A stretch of 63,934 nucleotides of DNA, the filler included, from Aduncisulcus paluster (Eukaryota), in assembly GCA_024181965.1 (NCBI GenBank). It is 12 parts of 12 records of this genome, joined end to end, with 100 filler letters (N's around TTAATTAATTAA, not from the genome) between each part and the next. Parts side by side here need not be neighbours in the genome. Positions count along the whole stretch, not along the records: positions 48,844 to 51,165 come from BQXS01011553.1; positions 51,266 to 53,725 come from BQXS01011555.1; positions 53,826 to 59,025 come from BQXS01011557.1; positions 59,126 to 61,634 come from BQXS01011558.1; 8 more parts are not named here. The stretch is one strand, 5' to 3'. Both the position numbers and the translations under genes were made by a program. Numbering within the stretch: the first letter of the stretch is position 1; every line of letters begins with the position of its first letter. This document shows positions 49,992-61,734 of this stretch, one piece after another. The notes beneath the pieces were generated by a model. The model did no database searches, was not told where the DNA came from, and saw only the letters and a list, made by a program, of their open reading frames with translations.

Positions 49992-50578
49992 TCATTTTTG
50001 ATCTTTCTTATCTTCAGATTCCGAAGATGTGGAGTGGAATGAAGATTTCGAAGGGATATTCAGTTTTTCATAACTTGATGAACTTCGACTTGAACTTTCG
50101 GAAATGAGAGAATGAGGTTCTCCATAGGAGATAAGATGACTGCAAATTATATCATCAATAGATGGAAGCTCAAATCCTTCACCAATCTTTGGAAGTAAAT
50201 ATTTAATGGTTTGCACCTTCAAACGAGCCTGATGAACACTCATTCGATAATCTTCATTGATTTGAGTAAGACCTATGAACACTTCATTCAAACACGAATG
50301 AATAGGTTGAAATTTACCTCCTTCAATGGTTAGCAAAGATTTAAACAAAGGCGATCTATGGAGGGGAGGACACATATTATTTTCCATCAATCGCATTATT
50401 ATTTTCATAAGTTCAAAATCATCAGCCTCTCCAATTTGAATTTTTCTAATGACTTCCCTAAATATGGGCAATGAAACATAAGGATGTTCACATATGAACA
50501 AAGAAAGAATGGACATTCCAAGAGAATATCCATCACTCTTTTGAGATTGAAGTCCAGCAAGGAGAGTCTCGTAAGAGA
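49992..50578 (-). pseudogene. 5'-truncated C-lobe of the atypical kinase family
   Basis: SYETLLAGLQSQKSDGYSLG...LLPKIGEGFELPSIDDII aligns with 53844..55136; everything before subdomain VIII is missing. Confidence 0.75.
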
Positions 50579-50580
50579 GC

Positions 50581-50868
50581 TGGAAACTCGGAATCCGCCT
50601 CATATTTCTCCCTCCTTACTGCCCTTTTCTGAACCCAATAGAACATATGTTCTCTACAGTTAAAGCGGCTCTGCAACGTATGACAGCAGATCATGAACTA
50701 CGTTCAGAAGGGCTTGGTGCAATGTTACATTTCGCATTTCTGCAGTATGCTTCTCCTCTTACCGATTTATCAGAAAACTACAAGGAATGTGGAGTATTCT
50801 ATGAAAGTGTTTATGAACGTTCTGAGGAAACAAATGAAGTTATTAGACTAATAAACCGAAAAAAATGA
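50581..50868 (+). mobile_element. Tc1/mariner/IS630 transposase C-terminal fragment
   Basis: In-frame extension of ORF 50647 gives GIRLIFLPPYCPFLNPIEHMFSTVK, the LPPYSPxLNPIE motif carrying the catalytic E. Confidence 0.8.
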
Positions 50869-50875
50869 TTATTTT

Positions 50876-51165
50876 TCATCCTCCACTGGTTGTGACAGAC
50901 CCAGGAGTTTGACCTGACTGAAGACCAGATTCATTACCTAAACGAGTCACAGAAGCTGTTTCCGAACCTGCCACAGACATAAGTGGCTGTTCTGGAGCTA
51001 TTGGAACTGGTAAAATTTCTGGTCTAGCAGGTTCTAGCCGCGAAGAAATCAAATCTTGTTGAGCTCTAACTTGGGAATGCTGAATTTCCAATTGTCTTTC
51101 AAGTTGAATTTCTCGTTGCTCAATTAGAGGGGTAAATATCGTTCGTAATGTATCTGCATGTCGTT
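50876..51165 (-). CDS. C-terminal fragment of an unknown gene convergent on the Tc1-like ORF
   Basis: Frame is open from the contig edge (RHADTLRTIFTPLIEQREIQLERQLEIQ...) to a TGA 7 bp from the transposase stop. Confidence 0.4.
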
Positions 51166-51265
51166 NNNNNNNNNNNNNNNNNNNNNNNNNNNNNNNNNNN
51201 NNNNNNNNNTTAATTAATTAANNNNNNNNNNNNNNNNNNNNNNNNNNNNNNNNNNNNNNNNNNNN

Positions 51266-53725
51266 TGTTGTCACAGCCCCGAGTCTTTCATTATCATTAG
51301 TCAATAATCTTGATAACGCGTCGGCAGCTCCATTTGCCTGTCCCGGAACGTGTCTTATTGTAAACGAATATTCACATAACTCCAAAAACCATCTCGTTAG
51401 TTTTTGATTTGGTGTCTTCTGAAGAAATGTCAGATTTCGATGGTCTGTAAATAGCACAAAATTCCGATACAGCAAATAATGTCGACACTTCCGAATTGTA
51501 AACACAATTCCAAAACATTCCTTTTCGATCACTTTCCATGCACGTTGCTGTGCTGTTAATGTCTTCGAAACGAACTTTATGATACTTCTTCTTCCTTTTG
51601 AATCCTCTTGAATCAGTATCCCTCCAACTCCATAATCCGACGCATCGGTATATAATGCCAAAGAACAGTCATCCTTCGGGAACGTCAGCACTGGAGCTCC
51701 CAGTAATTTCTTCTTTAGCTCCCTGAATGCATTTTCACATTCCTCATTCCAATAGAACTCTCCGGATTTCGTTGTTAACTGTGATAACGGATAAGATGTT
51801 GAACAGTCCCCGATAAAGTCCCTACAGAAATTTATCATTCCCAGAATAGATCTGACGTTTTTCTTGGACTTTGGGGTTCTAATCGCGTTAATCGCTCTAA
51901 TCCGATCAGGATCAACTCTCTTTCCCTCCTTTGATATCTCATATCCCAGGTATGTCAATTTTTTAACTCCCAACATGCATTTTTCGATGTTTATGCGTAG
52001 CTTATACTCTTCAATCCTCTGCATTATGAGTTTCAGGCTTTCTAGGAAGCCTTCCGTCGTCTTCCCGGCAACTAAAATGTCGTCAATGTAAATTAAACAA
52101 TGCTTTCCTATTAAATCAGAAAAAATGTGCTGCATACACATTTGAAAGTGACTAGGGCCATTCTTTAATCCAAATGGAAGGCATTTCCATTGAAACATCC
52201 CCATAGGCGTTTCAAATGCCGTTAATATCCGATCACTCTCTTTTATGGGTACTTGATGAAACCCTTGGCTCAGATCAATCAAGCCAAACACCGTACATCC
52301 TTCCAACCTATCTAACATCATGTCTATATGCGGGAGGGGGAATTTGAAACCAACGGTGATGCTATTAAGAGTTCTATAATCTACGCATAATCTCCACTTG
52401 TTTCCCTTCTTCGGGACCACCACAATCGGCGAAAAAGCAGGGGCTTTGCACTCCTCTACTACGCCATCGTGTTTCAACTTTCGCATTTCATCACCTATGA
52501 ACTCCATATGTTTAGGCGATATTCTTCTTCTTTCTGAAGCCAGAAACTTCTTTCCTTTTTCCAATACAATCTCATATTGGTCAATTATCTTCGGTGCGGA
52601 GTCACACTGACTCATCACCTCCATATAATGATCTGTAATCTCCAAAATCGATCCCTCAATCCCCTCTACTACTTCAGACGAGATTAGATCCTGTGATCCT
52701 GGTAATTCCAAATCATCGGATTCCATTTCATTCTGTTCTATCCCTCGATATGACTGTTCCAACAAATCTAATAATCCCTTTTCTAATATTGTTTTTAGAC
52801 CTAAGATTATCTCGGATCCTTTGGACGGCCATACTAGAAATACTTCCCAGAAGGAAATTGGTTTTCCTAACGTGCCATTAGGTATTGTTATAAATAATAT
52901 CACACGGTGCTCTGACATCATTTCAGAGCCATCCGCAAGTGTAATAGTGCAGACAAATCGTTCTTTCCTCACGCTTCCAGGTATTTCCAGCAGCATATGT
53001 TCAGGGATAAAAGACATAGATGCTCCCGTATCTAAGATTGCTCTGCTACTAATCTTCTCCTTACTTCCCTCAGTATTTCTGATCAATAAAGGTATTGTAA
53101 CGATTGATGTAGTACTTGTCGCAGTTGTAAACAGTACAACTGACGGTGTTACTCTCGATAAATAAGCAGATTTGTCCTTTACTGATCGCTTGGGATAAGG
53201 ACATTTGGATGCATAATGGCCGGTTTTTCCGCAGTTGAAGCAACGAATCTGATCTAATGGTTTCGATTGTCTCTTAGCTTCTTTTGTGAAAGGTTGATGT
53301 GAAGATTCACGACGTTTACCACTGGTACTGGCAGAAAATCGTTTCTTTTCGTCTTCGTAGCCGCGAGCATCATCTTGAGCTTCAGCTACTAAAGCAATTT
53401 GCTCCATTAGTGTTTTTGTAAGCAATTTCATTGAAAGCTCTTGTGAATCCAACGCCACTTCCATTCTTTGTCGGAAGCGGGAATTTTTGATTCCTCGAAG
53501 GAAGTATTTCCCAATAAGTTCATCACTGGGTCTTTCGACTTCAGCAACACCATCCAAAACCTCTCTATACTTGACGACATAAATAGAAGCTTGTTTAAGA
53601 TTCAAAGTAAAGAGTTTTAGCTTCTGGAATTCGTAGACAGCGTCCAGACCCGTGGTAGCACCAAAGTACGCAGAAACTGTTGTCAAAAAGGAAATTTCTC
53701 GTTCTTTGACTTGTTCTTCTGTACA
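51266..53725 (-). mobile_element. Ty3/Gypsy gag-pol (zinc knuckle, protease, RT, RNase H), both ends partial
   Basis: CFNCGKTGHYASKC, ILDTGAS, WRLCVDYRTLN, LPFGLKNGP, YIDDIL, TDASDYGVG, TDHRNL in one frame. Confidence 0.96.
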
Positions 53726-53825
53726 NNNNNNNNNNNNNNNNNNNNNNNNNNNNNNNNNNNNNNNNNNNNTTAATTAATTAANNNNNNNNNNNNNNNNNNN
53801 NNNNNNNNNNNNNNNNNNNNNNNNN

Positions 53826-55136
53826 CATAAACCCAAGCACGACTTGTTATCGCATACCCTGACATCTGCATCCACGCTGACTTCACAGTGCATCATTGGT
53901 AGTGGTGGGTTCGGAGAGGTTCTTCTTGTTCTTATTGATGTTACTGGCATTCCTTTCCCATGTGTTCTGAAGAAGATGCTTCGGATTGCGGATGAAAAGG
54001 TTGTGCAAAAGTGTTGGGAGGAGTTTAAAGTGCAACTCAAGTTGTTTAAGAAGTTCAACAATCCCAAATGTGTCAACCGTATCCCACGTCCTCTGTATAT
54101 CCTTGACCTGCTTGATTCCGATATGAAAGGTGTGTATGGTTTCCTGATGGAGTTCTGTATTGGAGGCAGTGTTACCGACTTTGCTAGGAGTTGGTGTGCT
54201 GGAGGGAAGAAGGTACATTCCATCTCAAGAACTGTGTCAAAATGCAAGGATTCTGAATCTGAATTTGAATCTGAAGACTCAAGCTCTGACTTTGACTCTG
54301 ACTCTGATTCTGATTATGACTCAAGCTCCACTCGCATTGACCCCATGACCCTTGATCCTCTGAGAGTGAGTGCATTGTGTGTTGGAATGATTGAATGTCT
54401 TTCCGAAGTGTTCAAAGCCAAGTCCGACCTTATTCACCGAGACATTAAACCTGACAACTTCCTTATTCGTGTTGATCCGAAAGATGGAGAATGCACCGTT
54501 GTCCTTGGTGATCTTGGTCTTGCTCAAATTCAAGACTCCATCTCTTCTTCCAAATCGTGCAAAAGTTTTGTTGCTCACTCGAGATCTGAAGACAAATCCA
54601 AACCCAAACGCTCCATATGTGGAACCCTTGTGTACAACTCTTGTGAAGCCCTTGAAGGAATGCAAAACCAAAAGAGTGATGCTTACTCACTCGGGCTGAC
54701 CCTGTTCGCAGTCTTCGAGGGTCAGGATCCTTTCCTTCAAATGAAAGTGTTACAAGGAATCGACCGAATTGAATTTGTCACCCGATTGTCAAGGTTAATA
54801 CGGGATGATATGGGTCCAAAACTTTCTGAATCTCGTCTTTTCAAAACTCTAAAAACCATTGAAAGTGGTAAGTTCAACCCTGTTTATTCCTGTCTGAATG
54901 AAATATTCGAAGGATTGACAAAGGTTGACATTGGTAAACGCATGAATGTTCATGAAGCCTGTGTGAAAGTTCAATCCATCAAACATCTTCTTCCAAAGAT
55001 TGGAGAAGGGTGGAAATGTCCATCCATTGACGATATTATTGCACAACAACGAAAGATTTATGGCGGTTCAATTGGCACCATTGGAGATGATCTTAAGGGT
55101 GTTGATTTAAAGAAAGATTGGGATAAGAGTACGTAA
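53826..55136 (+). CDS. Atypical Ser/Thr kinase (paralog of 45841..48743), 5'-partial
   Basis: GSGGFG, VLKKM, HRDIKPDN, DLG in place of DFG, GTLVYNSCE in place of APE. Confidence 0.9.
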   Translation, partial: HKPKHDLLSHTLTSASTLTSQCIIGSGGFGEVLLVLIDVTGIPFPCVLKKMLRIADEKVVQKCWEEFKVQLKLFKKFNNPKCVNRIPRPLYILDLLDSDMKGVYGFLMEFCIGGSVTDFARSWCAGGKKVHSISRTVSKCKDSESEFESEDSSSDFDSDSDSDYDSSSTRIDPMTLDPLRVSALCVGMIECLSEVFKAKSDLIHRDIKPDNFLIRVDPKDGECTVVLGDLGLAQIQDSISSSKSCKSFVAHSRSEDKSKPKRSICGTLVYNSCEALEGMQNQKSDAYSLGLTLFAVFEGQDPFLQMKVLQGIDRIEFVTRLSRLIRDDMGPKLSESRLFKTLKTIESGKFNPVYSCLNEIFEGLTKVDIGKRMNVHEACVKVQSIKHLLPKIGEGWKCPSIDDIIAQQRKIYGGSIGTIGDDLKGVDLKKDWDKST

Positions 55137-55676
55137 GGAATGCAAGAGTATGTAATGAATACCAATATAAATGTATGTCTATGAAAATATAAAATCCGCT
55201 CCTCTCATATACTTCCATTCGTGGAGTTCCCATTGTACGATGGTTGCACTGCAGTACAGTATACAGTGATTGATTGTATATTTCTTATTTCTAAAATCCA
55301 TAATATCATTAATATTCTTTCTGGTTATGTTATTTTATTACATCATGCTTAACAAGCTTCACTGAATGTTTCCTCCACTGACTAATGTCATTAAATCAAC
55401 TCAAATATGCCTTGGATAGTTGAATTTTATTCGGATCTCATGTCCCCTTCCAATGAGAGAAAGAGTGACGATTATCACATTATATCTATAGAGCTTGACT
55501 TCCAAATCCAAGGAGTTCCAATCATTGGTAACTATTGAATTGTAGTTCATAATGTCATTCTTATCCAACTCAGGTCCATTCAAATACACATTTAAGAAAT
55601 CAGTGCGAATAAAATCGAATAAATGGTACAAGTTGAAATATCATTGTCAATAATATTATTGAAATCACGAAACCTT

Positions 55677-55905
55677 TCATGGAACTTCCATTGAAGTGTC
55701 ATTGCTTGAATTATTTCCATGGAAGAAAAGATAATCGTTCAGCTGCACTGACATAGTAAAAACAAGGGAGTAGATCCAGAAATATCGACTATTCTTCCTC
55801 TTCCATAACACAACCTTCCTCTCCCCTTCAATTTCAATACAACATTCTCCAAAGTTTGGATCCAAACCAATAGGAAGTACCAATTGGTACTGTACCAATG
55901 AAATT
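55677..55905 (-). pseudogene. Degenerate copy of the kinase-associated repeat domain
   Basis: LPIGLD...EIEGE...KNSRYFWIYSLVF matches the B-domain end LPIDLD...EIEGKG...KNSRSFYIYSLVF. Confidence 0.6.
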
Positions 55906-55922
55906 TATAAAATTCTTAACCA

Positions 55923-57993
55923 TCAAAGTGGGATCTTAAGAACTATATACATCAAAGTAAATTCACATGAAATGTTTGTTTGTTTAGATCTCCGAGATCT
56001 CGGCACAATGATGGTTATTGGTATCAAACGAATAAGGGACTGACTTGGCCAACTTGGCGATCTTGAAGATCAATGATGGATCTTGAAGATCAATGATGGA
56101 TGGATGTAATTCTTGGAGAGAAGTATTAAATTAAATAATATTTGGTATTTATAAAATACGGAATGGGAGAGATGGAATGACAGCTTTGGACTTCAATTCT
56201 CGGGAGAAAGAAATAGTGTGGATTTATAAGAGACCAAGACTTGAATCCAGAGCGGGGTCGATCCATCAGAAAAAAATAAATGGACTCAGTCCAAGCTGGA
56301 GACTATGTCTATACGACTTATTCTAAGAGTTTGAGATTTACGGAACACATTTGTTGCATTTATATTACATCGTTATGACATTATTATACTCACAAATATC
56401 ACCATATCATATAACACACCAAGGAGAGCTTTGTTTCGCCAAAGGGTGTAAATCTGNNNNNNNNNNNNNNNNNNNNTCTGTCCAACTCTTAATGCATATC
56501 ATATATGATAGTATCATGCATGCTTGGAATGTTGTTCTCGATATTGATGTGTTCATGGTCTCAATTGGTGTGCATTTCCATGTAAGAGCTAATACTGTCT
56601 TGTTCGAGTCATCGGTGGTTCCACAACCCATCCAAAGTGATCATAAACTAAATTGGTTGGCTTGTGCATAAGGTCTTGTTGGATCTATGATAAGATGTTA
56701 AACAGAATCCCATGGATATCTCGAATAACTACAGACTCATATTGTCTCCCCAATGCTCTACCGTTGGTTGATTACAAGTTAATCGATTCTTTATTTCTCT
56801 CCTTTTATTTCCTTTGAATCAATTCCTCACCCTTCCTTGCTGAGTTGAGAAAGATTGTTTGTTGATTGTTTTGAGTCAAATCAGTTTTTGACCTTCGTGA
56901 TTTGTTTTGTTTTGTTCCATAAGAACCCATTCCATGATTTCTTTTCCCACCTTCGAGAGAGAGAGAGAGAAGCAAGGGTGATATCAAAGAGATAAGCCCG
57001 AAGATATAGTTAGTCCTAAGTGAGTCACTTAAAGTGACAGACTCCTTTGTCAGCCCATATAACTTATATCCCATATAATCAGATAGCTGAAACGTGGAAA
57101 CGGATGAAGTTGAGTCTATCCAATGGACAGTGTCCACTAAGTATAGTATAGTCTTTTTGGCTGATGGGTGTATTGCACAACACCTTTTCTCGTGGATAAT
57201 ATATCGTATATTGGGGATGATAAGTTGAGTCAACGACAAAAATCCAAGAGAAGATAAAAATAGAATAAAAATTCCTCCAGAGCTGGTAACAATGCATAAT
57301 CCATGCTGGGAAGTAGCTGGATGAAGATCCTGTCATCTTTGTTTAAGCGTGAAAATCGTACTCTTGGAGATTATAATTATAACGTGATCCGAGACTTCTA
57401 CTCTTCATCTTGTTTTGCGTCCCCGTGGAGTGCTGAAATGATGGAGGAAAATGATGGCAGTTTGACCTTCAAAGTGGGATCTTAAGAACTATATACATCA
57501 AAGTAAATTCACATGAAATGTTTGTTTGTTTAGATCTCGGCGCAATGACGGTTATTGGTATCAAACGAATAAGGGACTGACTTGGCCAACTTGGCGATCT
57601 TGAAGATCAATGATGGATCTTGAAGATCAATGATGGATGGATGTAATTCTTGGAGAGAAGTATTAAATTAAATAATATTTGGTATTTATAAAATACGGAA
57701 TGGGAGAGATGGAATGACAGCTTTGGACTTCAATTCTCGGGAGAAAGAAATAGTGTGGATTTATAAGAGACCAAGACTTGAATCCAGAGCGGGGTCGATC
57801 CATCAGAAAAAAATAAATGGACTCAGTCCAAGCTGGAGACTATGTCTATACGACTTATTCTAAGAGTTTGAGATTTACGGAACACATTTGTTGCATTTAT
57901 ATTACATCGTTATGACATTATTATACTCACAAATATCACCATATCATATAACACACCAAGGAGAGCTTTGTTTCGCCAAAGGGTGTAAATCTG
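55923..57993. repeat. ~525-bp near-identical direct repeat (55923-56456 and 57469-57993) with an internal 20-bp tandem
   Basis: Copies differ by a 9-nt indel and two substitutions near their starts; copy 1 ends at a 20-N gap. Confidence 0.85.
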
Positions 57994-58158
57994 TTCCGAA
58001 AAAATTTGAAACGCAAATAAATTCGTTCACAAAGAAATTATGAATCCATTCTCAATTTAGTTTAGACCCCATCCTCGTGTGTAAGTGTCTATCGACGTTT
58101 TCCTTCCTTGCTCCATATCGGATTTACTAGGAATCCTCTTTCAATTCACATTGTGTAA

Positions 58159-59025
58159 ATGAAATCCACTACATTTCTTCTTTTGGCCATAGCTTTGCTT
58201 TCATGCTGTGCTGTCTTCATTACCACCGATAATGTTGATTCCGAGGCCGGTCTTCGTTTGATGATGCGTAAAAGCATGTTCGACTACTACCTGCTGATAT
58301 TGCCGCAAATGTTGAGCCCATTATCCTGGGTGTTGCCATTCCTGACCAGGAACTCAAAGAACTTGGTGCCACATCAAACTCACCGACATCCACTTTGATC
58401 TTTTTCTGTAAACCCCGCTGTGACGTTTGCTTCCCCAGACCAAATGAATTTCTACTTCAAAGACTTGATTTCAAGCTTACCATGAATTTCAAGATCAAAG
58501 AGCTTTTTATGAGTAGTTCGGGAACCATTGACATTACCTTCACTGGCGCCACCTGTGATGTGTCTGTTGGCTTTGTTGCGAACAGTGCTGATTCCGAAGA
58601 GCTCCAACTCGAGGAACGTAAGATCAGCATCGATCTTGGGAAGCACGAGATCCACTTCCACGAGAGTATCTTGAGTTGGGTTTATGATCTCATCGTTGAC
58701 ATTGTGTATCCTTTCGTCAAGAAGTCTATCACCGAAGCCATCGAGAATGTCGTGAAGGAGCTTATTGTTGGCACTCTCGACACATTCCTTGCTTCTCTCC
58801 CTACTGACGTTGCTGTTGACCAATGGGTTGATGTTGATTACGGTCTCGTGTCTTCCGACCCCATTGTCGTGTCCACAGACGACAACTCATACTTCTCCGT
58901 TGGTTCCAAGATGGTCTTTGTTGCCTCACAAGTGACTCCATCCACCGAAGTTCATGTGAATGGTCTTCCAATCGCCCCCTTGACGGACATTACCACCACG
59001 GATGCGTTCATCCACATTGCCATGG
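58159..59025 (+). CDS. BPI/LBP (TULIP) family secreted lipid-binding protein, frameshifted, 3'-partial
   Basis: Signal peptide MKSTTFLLLAIALLSCCA, GLRLMMRKSMFDYY, IHFHESILSWVYDLIVDIV...LASLPTDVAVDQWVDVDYGLVSSDP; at least two frame changes at ~58290-58455. Confidence 0.75.
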
Positions 59026-59334
59026 NNNNNNNNNNNNNNNNNNNNNNNNNNNNNNNNNNNNNNNNNNNNTTAATTAATTAANNNNNNNNNNNNNNNNNNN
59101 NNNNNNNNNNNNNNNNNNNNNNNNNATCATCATTTTCACCTGTATTGGCGTTTTTCAATTGGCTTCTTGTTTGTACCATTTTAACAGAAAAATTTTGGCG
59201 TCAATTATACAATAAACTTTAGTTTGATAGGATTTTGATCAAAATGTGGCCAAACTAAACTATAATGCGGTCCAATTTATTAATAAACAGATCTCGAGCG
59301 AACCAATCTATTTTTAGAATGTCCCTGAGAATGG

Positions 59335-61268
59335 TCACCACACTTTCGAGGAGATTAAACGAGAGTTGGTCAAAGGTCCAGTTTTGCATCATGTTGATTA
59401 TTCGTTGCCATTCTTGCTGAGAACAGATGCGAGTGGTTATGGAGTGGGAGGTGTCCTACTTCAGATTGATCATGAAGGAAGGGAGAGAACAGTTCGTTAC
59501 ATTGCCAAAACTTTCACAGAAGCGGAAAGGAAATGGTCGACCAATGAAAAGGAGTGCTATGCCATTAGGTATTGTCTGGAGAAAATCAAAGATACCTGTT
59601 TTGGTCTTCCGATTAGAATTCAAACGGATCACCGCAACCTACAATTCATGAAAAAGAGTGTCACCCCTAAGATCGCGAGATGGTATTTATTTATGCAACA
59701 GTTCGACTATTCTATCGAACATATTGCTGGAGCCAACAATGAAGTTGCAGATGCATTGAGTAGGGTGGGACACGTCAGGAGGATTGAGATTACGGACGAG
59801 AGAGTCGCTGAAGTTATTGAAGCTCAAAAAGATCTCTCTCAACATATTAGGAAGAAGTCTGAGCTGGAAGAAGGTATTTTGGTGGATGAAGAAGGTTTGA
59901 TACCAATACCAGATGATAAGATTGAATTGAAAGGCAAGATTATTCGAGATCACCACAATTCAGTTGTAGGTCATGGAGGTCTCGCAGCAACTTGCTATAA
60001 AATCAAATCAACGGGCTATACCTGGCCCTCAATGTATGCAGATGTGAAACAACACATCAAAGTTTGTGCTATTTGTCAGAAAGTGAAGGAAAAGAAAATT
60101 CCACCGGCCCCTGTGTTATCCATAACTATGGAGACACCATTTCACACGGTATTTGTGGATACTCTAACGGTTTCGGCGGATGAGGAGAAAGAAAAGTATG
60201 TTATTGTGATGTTAGACAGTTTCACTCGTTGGTGTGAACTCATTCCTGTCGAAAGTCTTGAAAGAATTCCTGCCTGTGATGCGATGCTCCCATTTTTGGC
60301 AAGACACGGTATACCGAAAGTTATTCACACTGATGGTGGATCTCAGTTTGCTAATTACCTAGCAGATCATTTATGGGACACTCTAGGTGTCAAGCATCAC
60401 ATATCGATTGCACACCATCCAACTGGTAATGGTGCAGTGGAGAGGGTAAACAAAGAGATAAAGAAGCATCTTCGTGGACTATTTTTGGATTTGATGCTGG
60501 AAAACAAGTGGACTGTTTACGTACCGGTGGTACAGAGCATCATTAACAATACATTCCACAAGTCCATTGGATGCACCCCATTTGAGATGCTGAGAGGAAT
60601 TAGACCCTCAAGAGTTTTACAGGGTCGATTTTCCAAAGAATGTGATAAAAGTGAAGCAGAAATGCCTGCGAGCAGAAAATCAGAGATAGATTACGTCAGG
60701 GAGTTGGTGAACAAACTAGAGCAACTCCATAGACGTTCTGTCATAATCCAACGCAGAATTATTGAAAAAAGGGAAGGGGATGAGCCTGAGGTTGCTATTG
60801 GCTCATATGTTCTGAAAAAGAGAGTTATTCCCGAAGGAAAACTGTATGTCGACTTGATGGGACCATATGTGGTCGTAGAGAAGCTTGGAGATAGATTGTA
60901 TCTATTAAGAAGCATTGTAAACATTGAAGAGGAAGAAAAAGTGCATGTCAATGACATTATGCCTTTCCAAGAAGATCCGACGAGATCGCTCGAGGAGATG
61001 AGAGCGTTAGCGGCACGTGATTATGGCTGGACACTCATCTCGGAGATTTTGGAGCATAAACGGGAACAAGGAAAGCTATTCCTTAAGGTAAGATGGAAAG
61101 GATGGTCAAAAACAAGCGAAACGTGGCAAGCCTACGAAGAACTGAAAGGACTCGCCAAGGTTAAGGAGTACATTAAGAAAAAACGTCTCCGGAAGTTATG
61201 ATTTTTATTGTAGCAGGATGGTCCTGCATGAAAAAAGGGAAGTGTAAGGATTCCAAGAAACAATAAAT
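59335..61268 (+). mobile_element. Chromovirus Ty3/Gypsy 3' half: RNase H, integrase, chromodomain, PPT and start of LTR
   Basis: TDASGYGVG, HHCC (HNSVVGH...CAIC), D..TDGG..E core, GPY motif, ILEHK...LKVRWKGWSKTSETW; PPT GAAAAAAGGGAAG at 61230-61242 followed by TGTAAGG. Confidence 0.93.
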
Positions 61269-61634
61269 TTAGCACAGTCTCACATTAACCAACGGACGAT
61301 CAGCTGAGACAGAGAACATAGCCTTCAGGGCTTGGCCACCACGACGATAGGGACAATCACGTTTGAAATGTCCGAGCTTACCACAATTAAAGCATTTCAC
61401 CTTACTGAGATCCCTCTTGGTTACTGCAGACTGGTGCTTTACCGGGGAATGTTTTTGGAGGGGAGTAGAAGTAGAGCGGCGTTTCTCCGGTTCCAAGTAC
61501 CTCTTAAATTCATCAATCACATCACTTACAATCGCTTGCTGCTCGAAAACCATCGCAGTCATCTCTGATATGGTAGGGGTGGGTTTCCCATCCAAGGCGG
61601 ATTCACAACGAACACGAAAACTATTGACGGTGAT
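61269..61634 (-). mobile_element. Ty3/Gypsy gag fragment on the opposite strand
   Basis: CFNCGKLGHFKRDC knuckle with context similar to the gag at 53200-53480; breaks off before the protease active site. Confidence 0.85.
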
Positions 61635-61734
61635 NNNNNNNNNNNNNNNNNNNNNNNNNNNNNNNNNNNNNNNNNNNNTTAATTAATTAANNNNNNNNNN
61701 NNNNNNNNNNNNNNNNNNNNNNNNNNNNNNNNNN

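Noticed and set aside
7342-61734. Recurring TTAATTAATTAA within N runs as a repeat or array
   Set aside because: Six-frame-stop linker added when contigs were concatenated; adjacency across linkers has no biological meaning.
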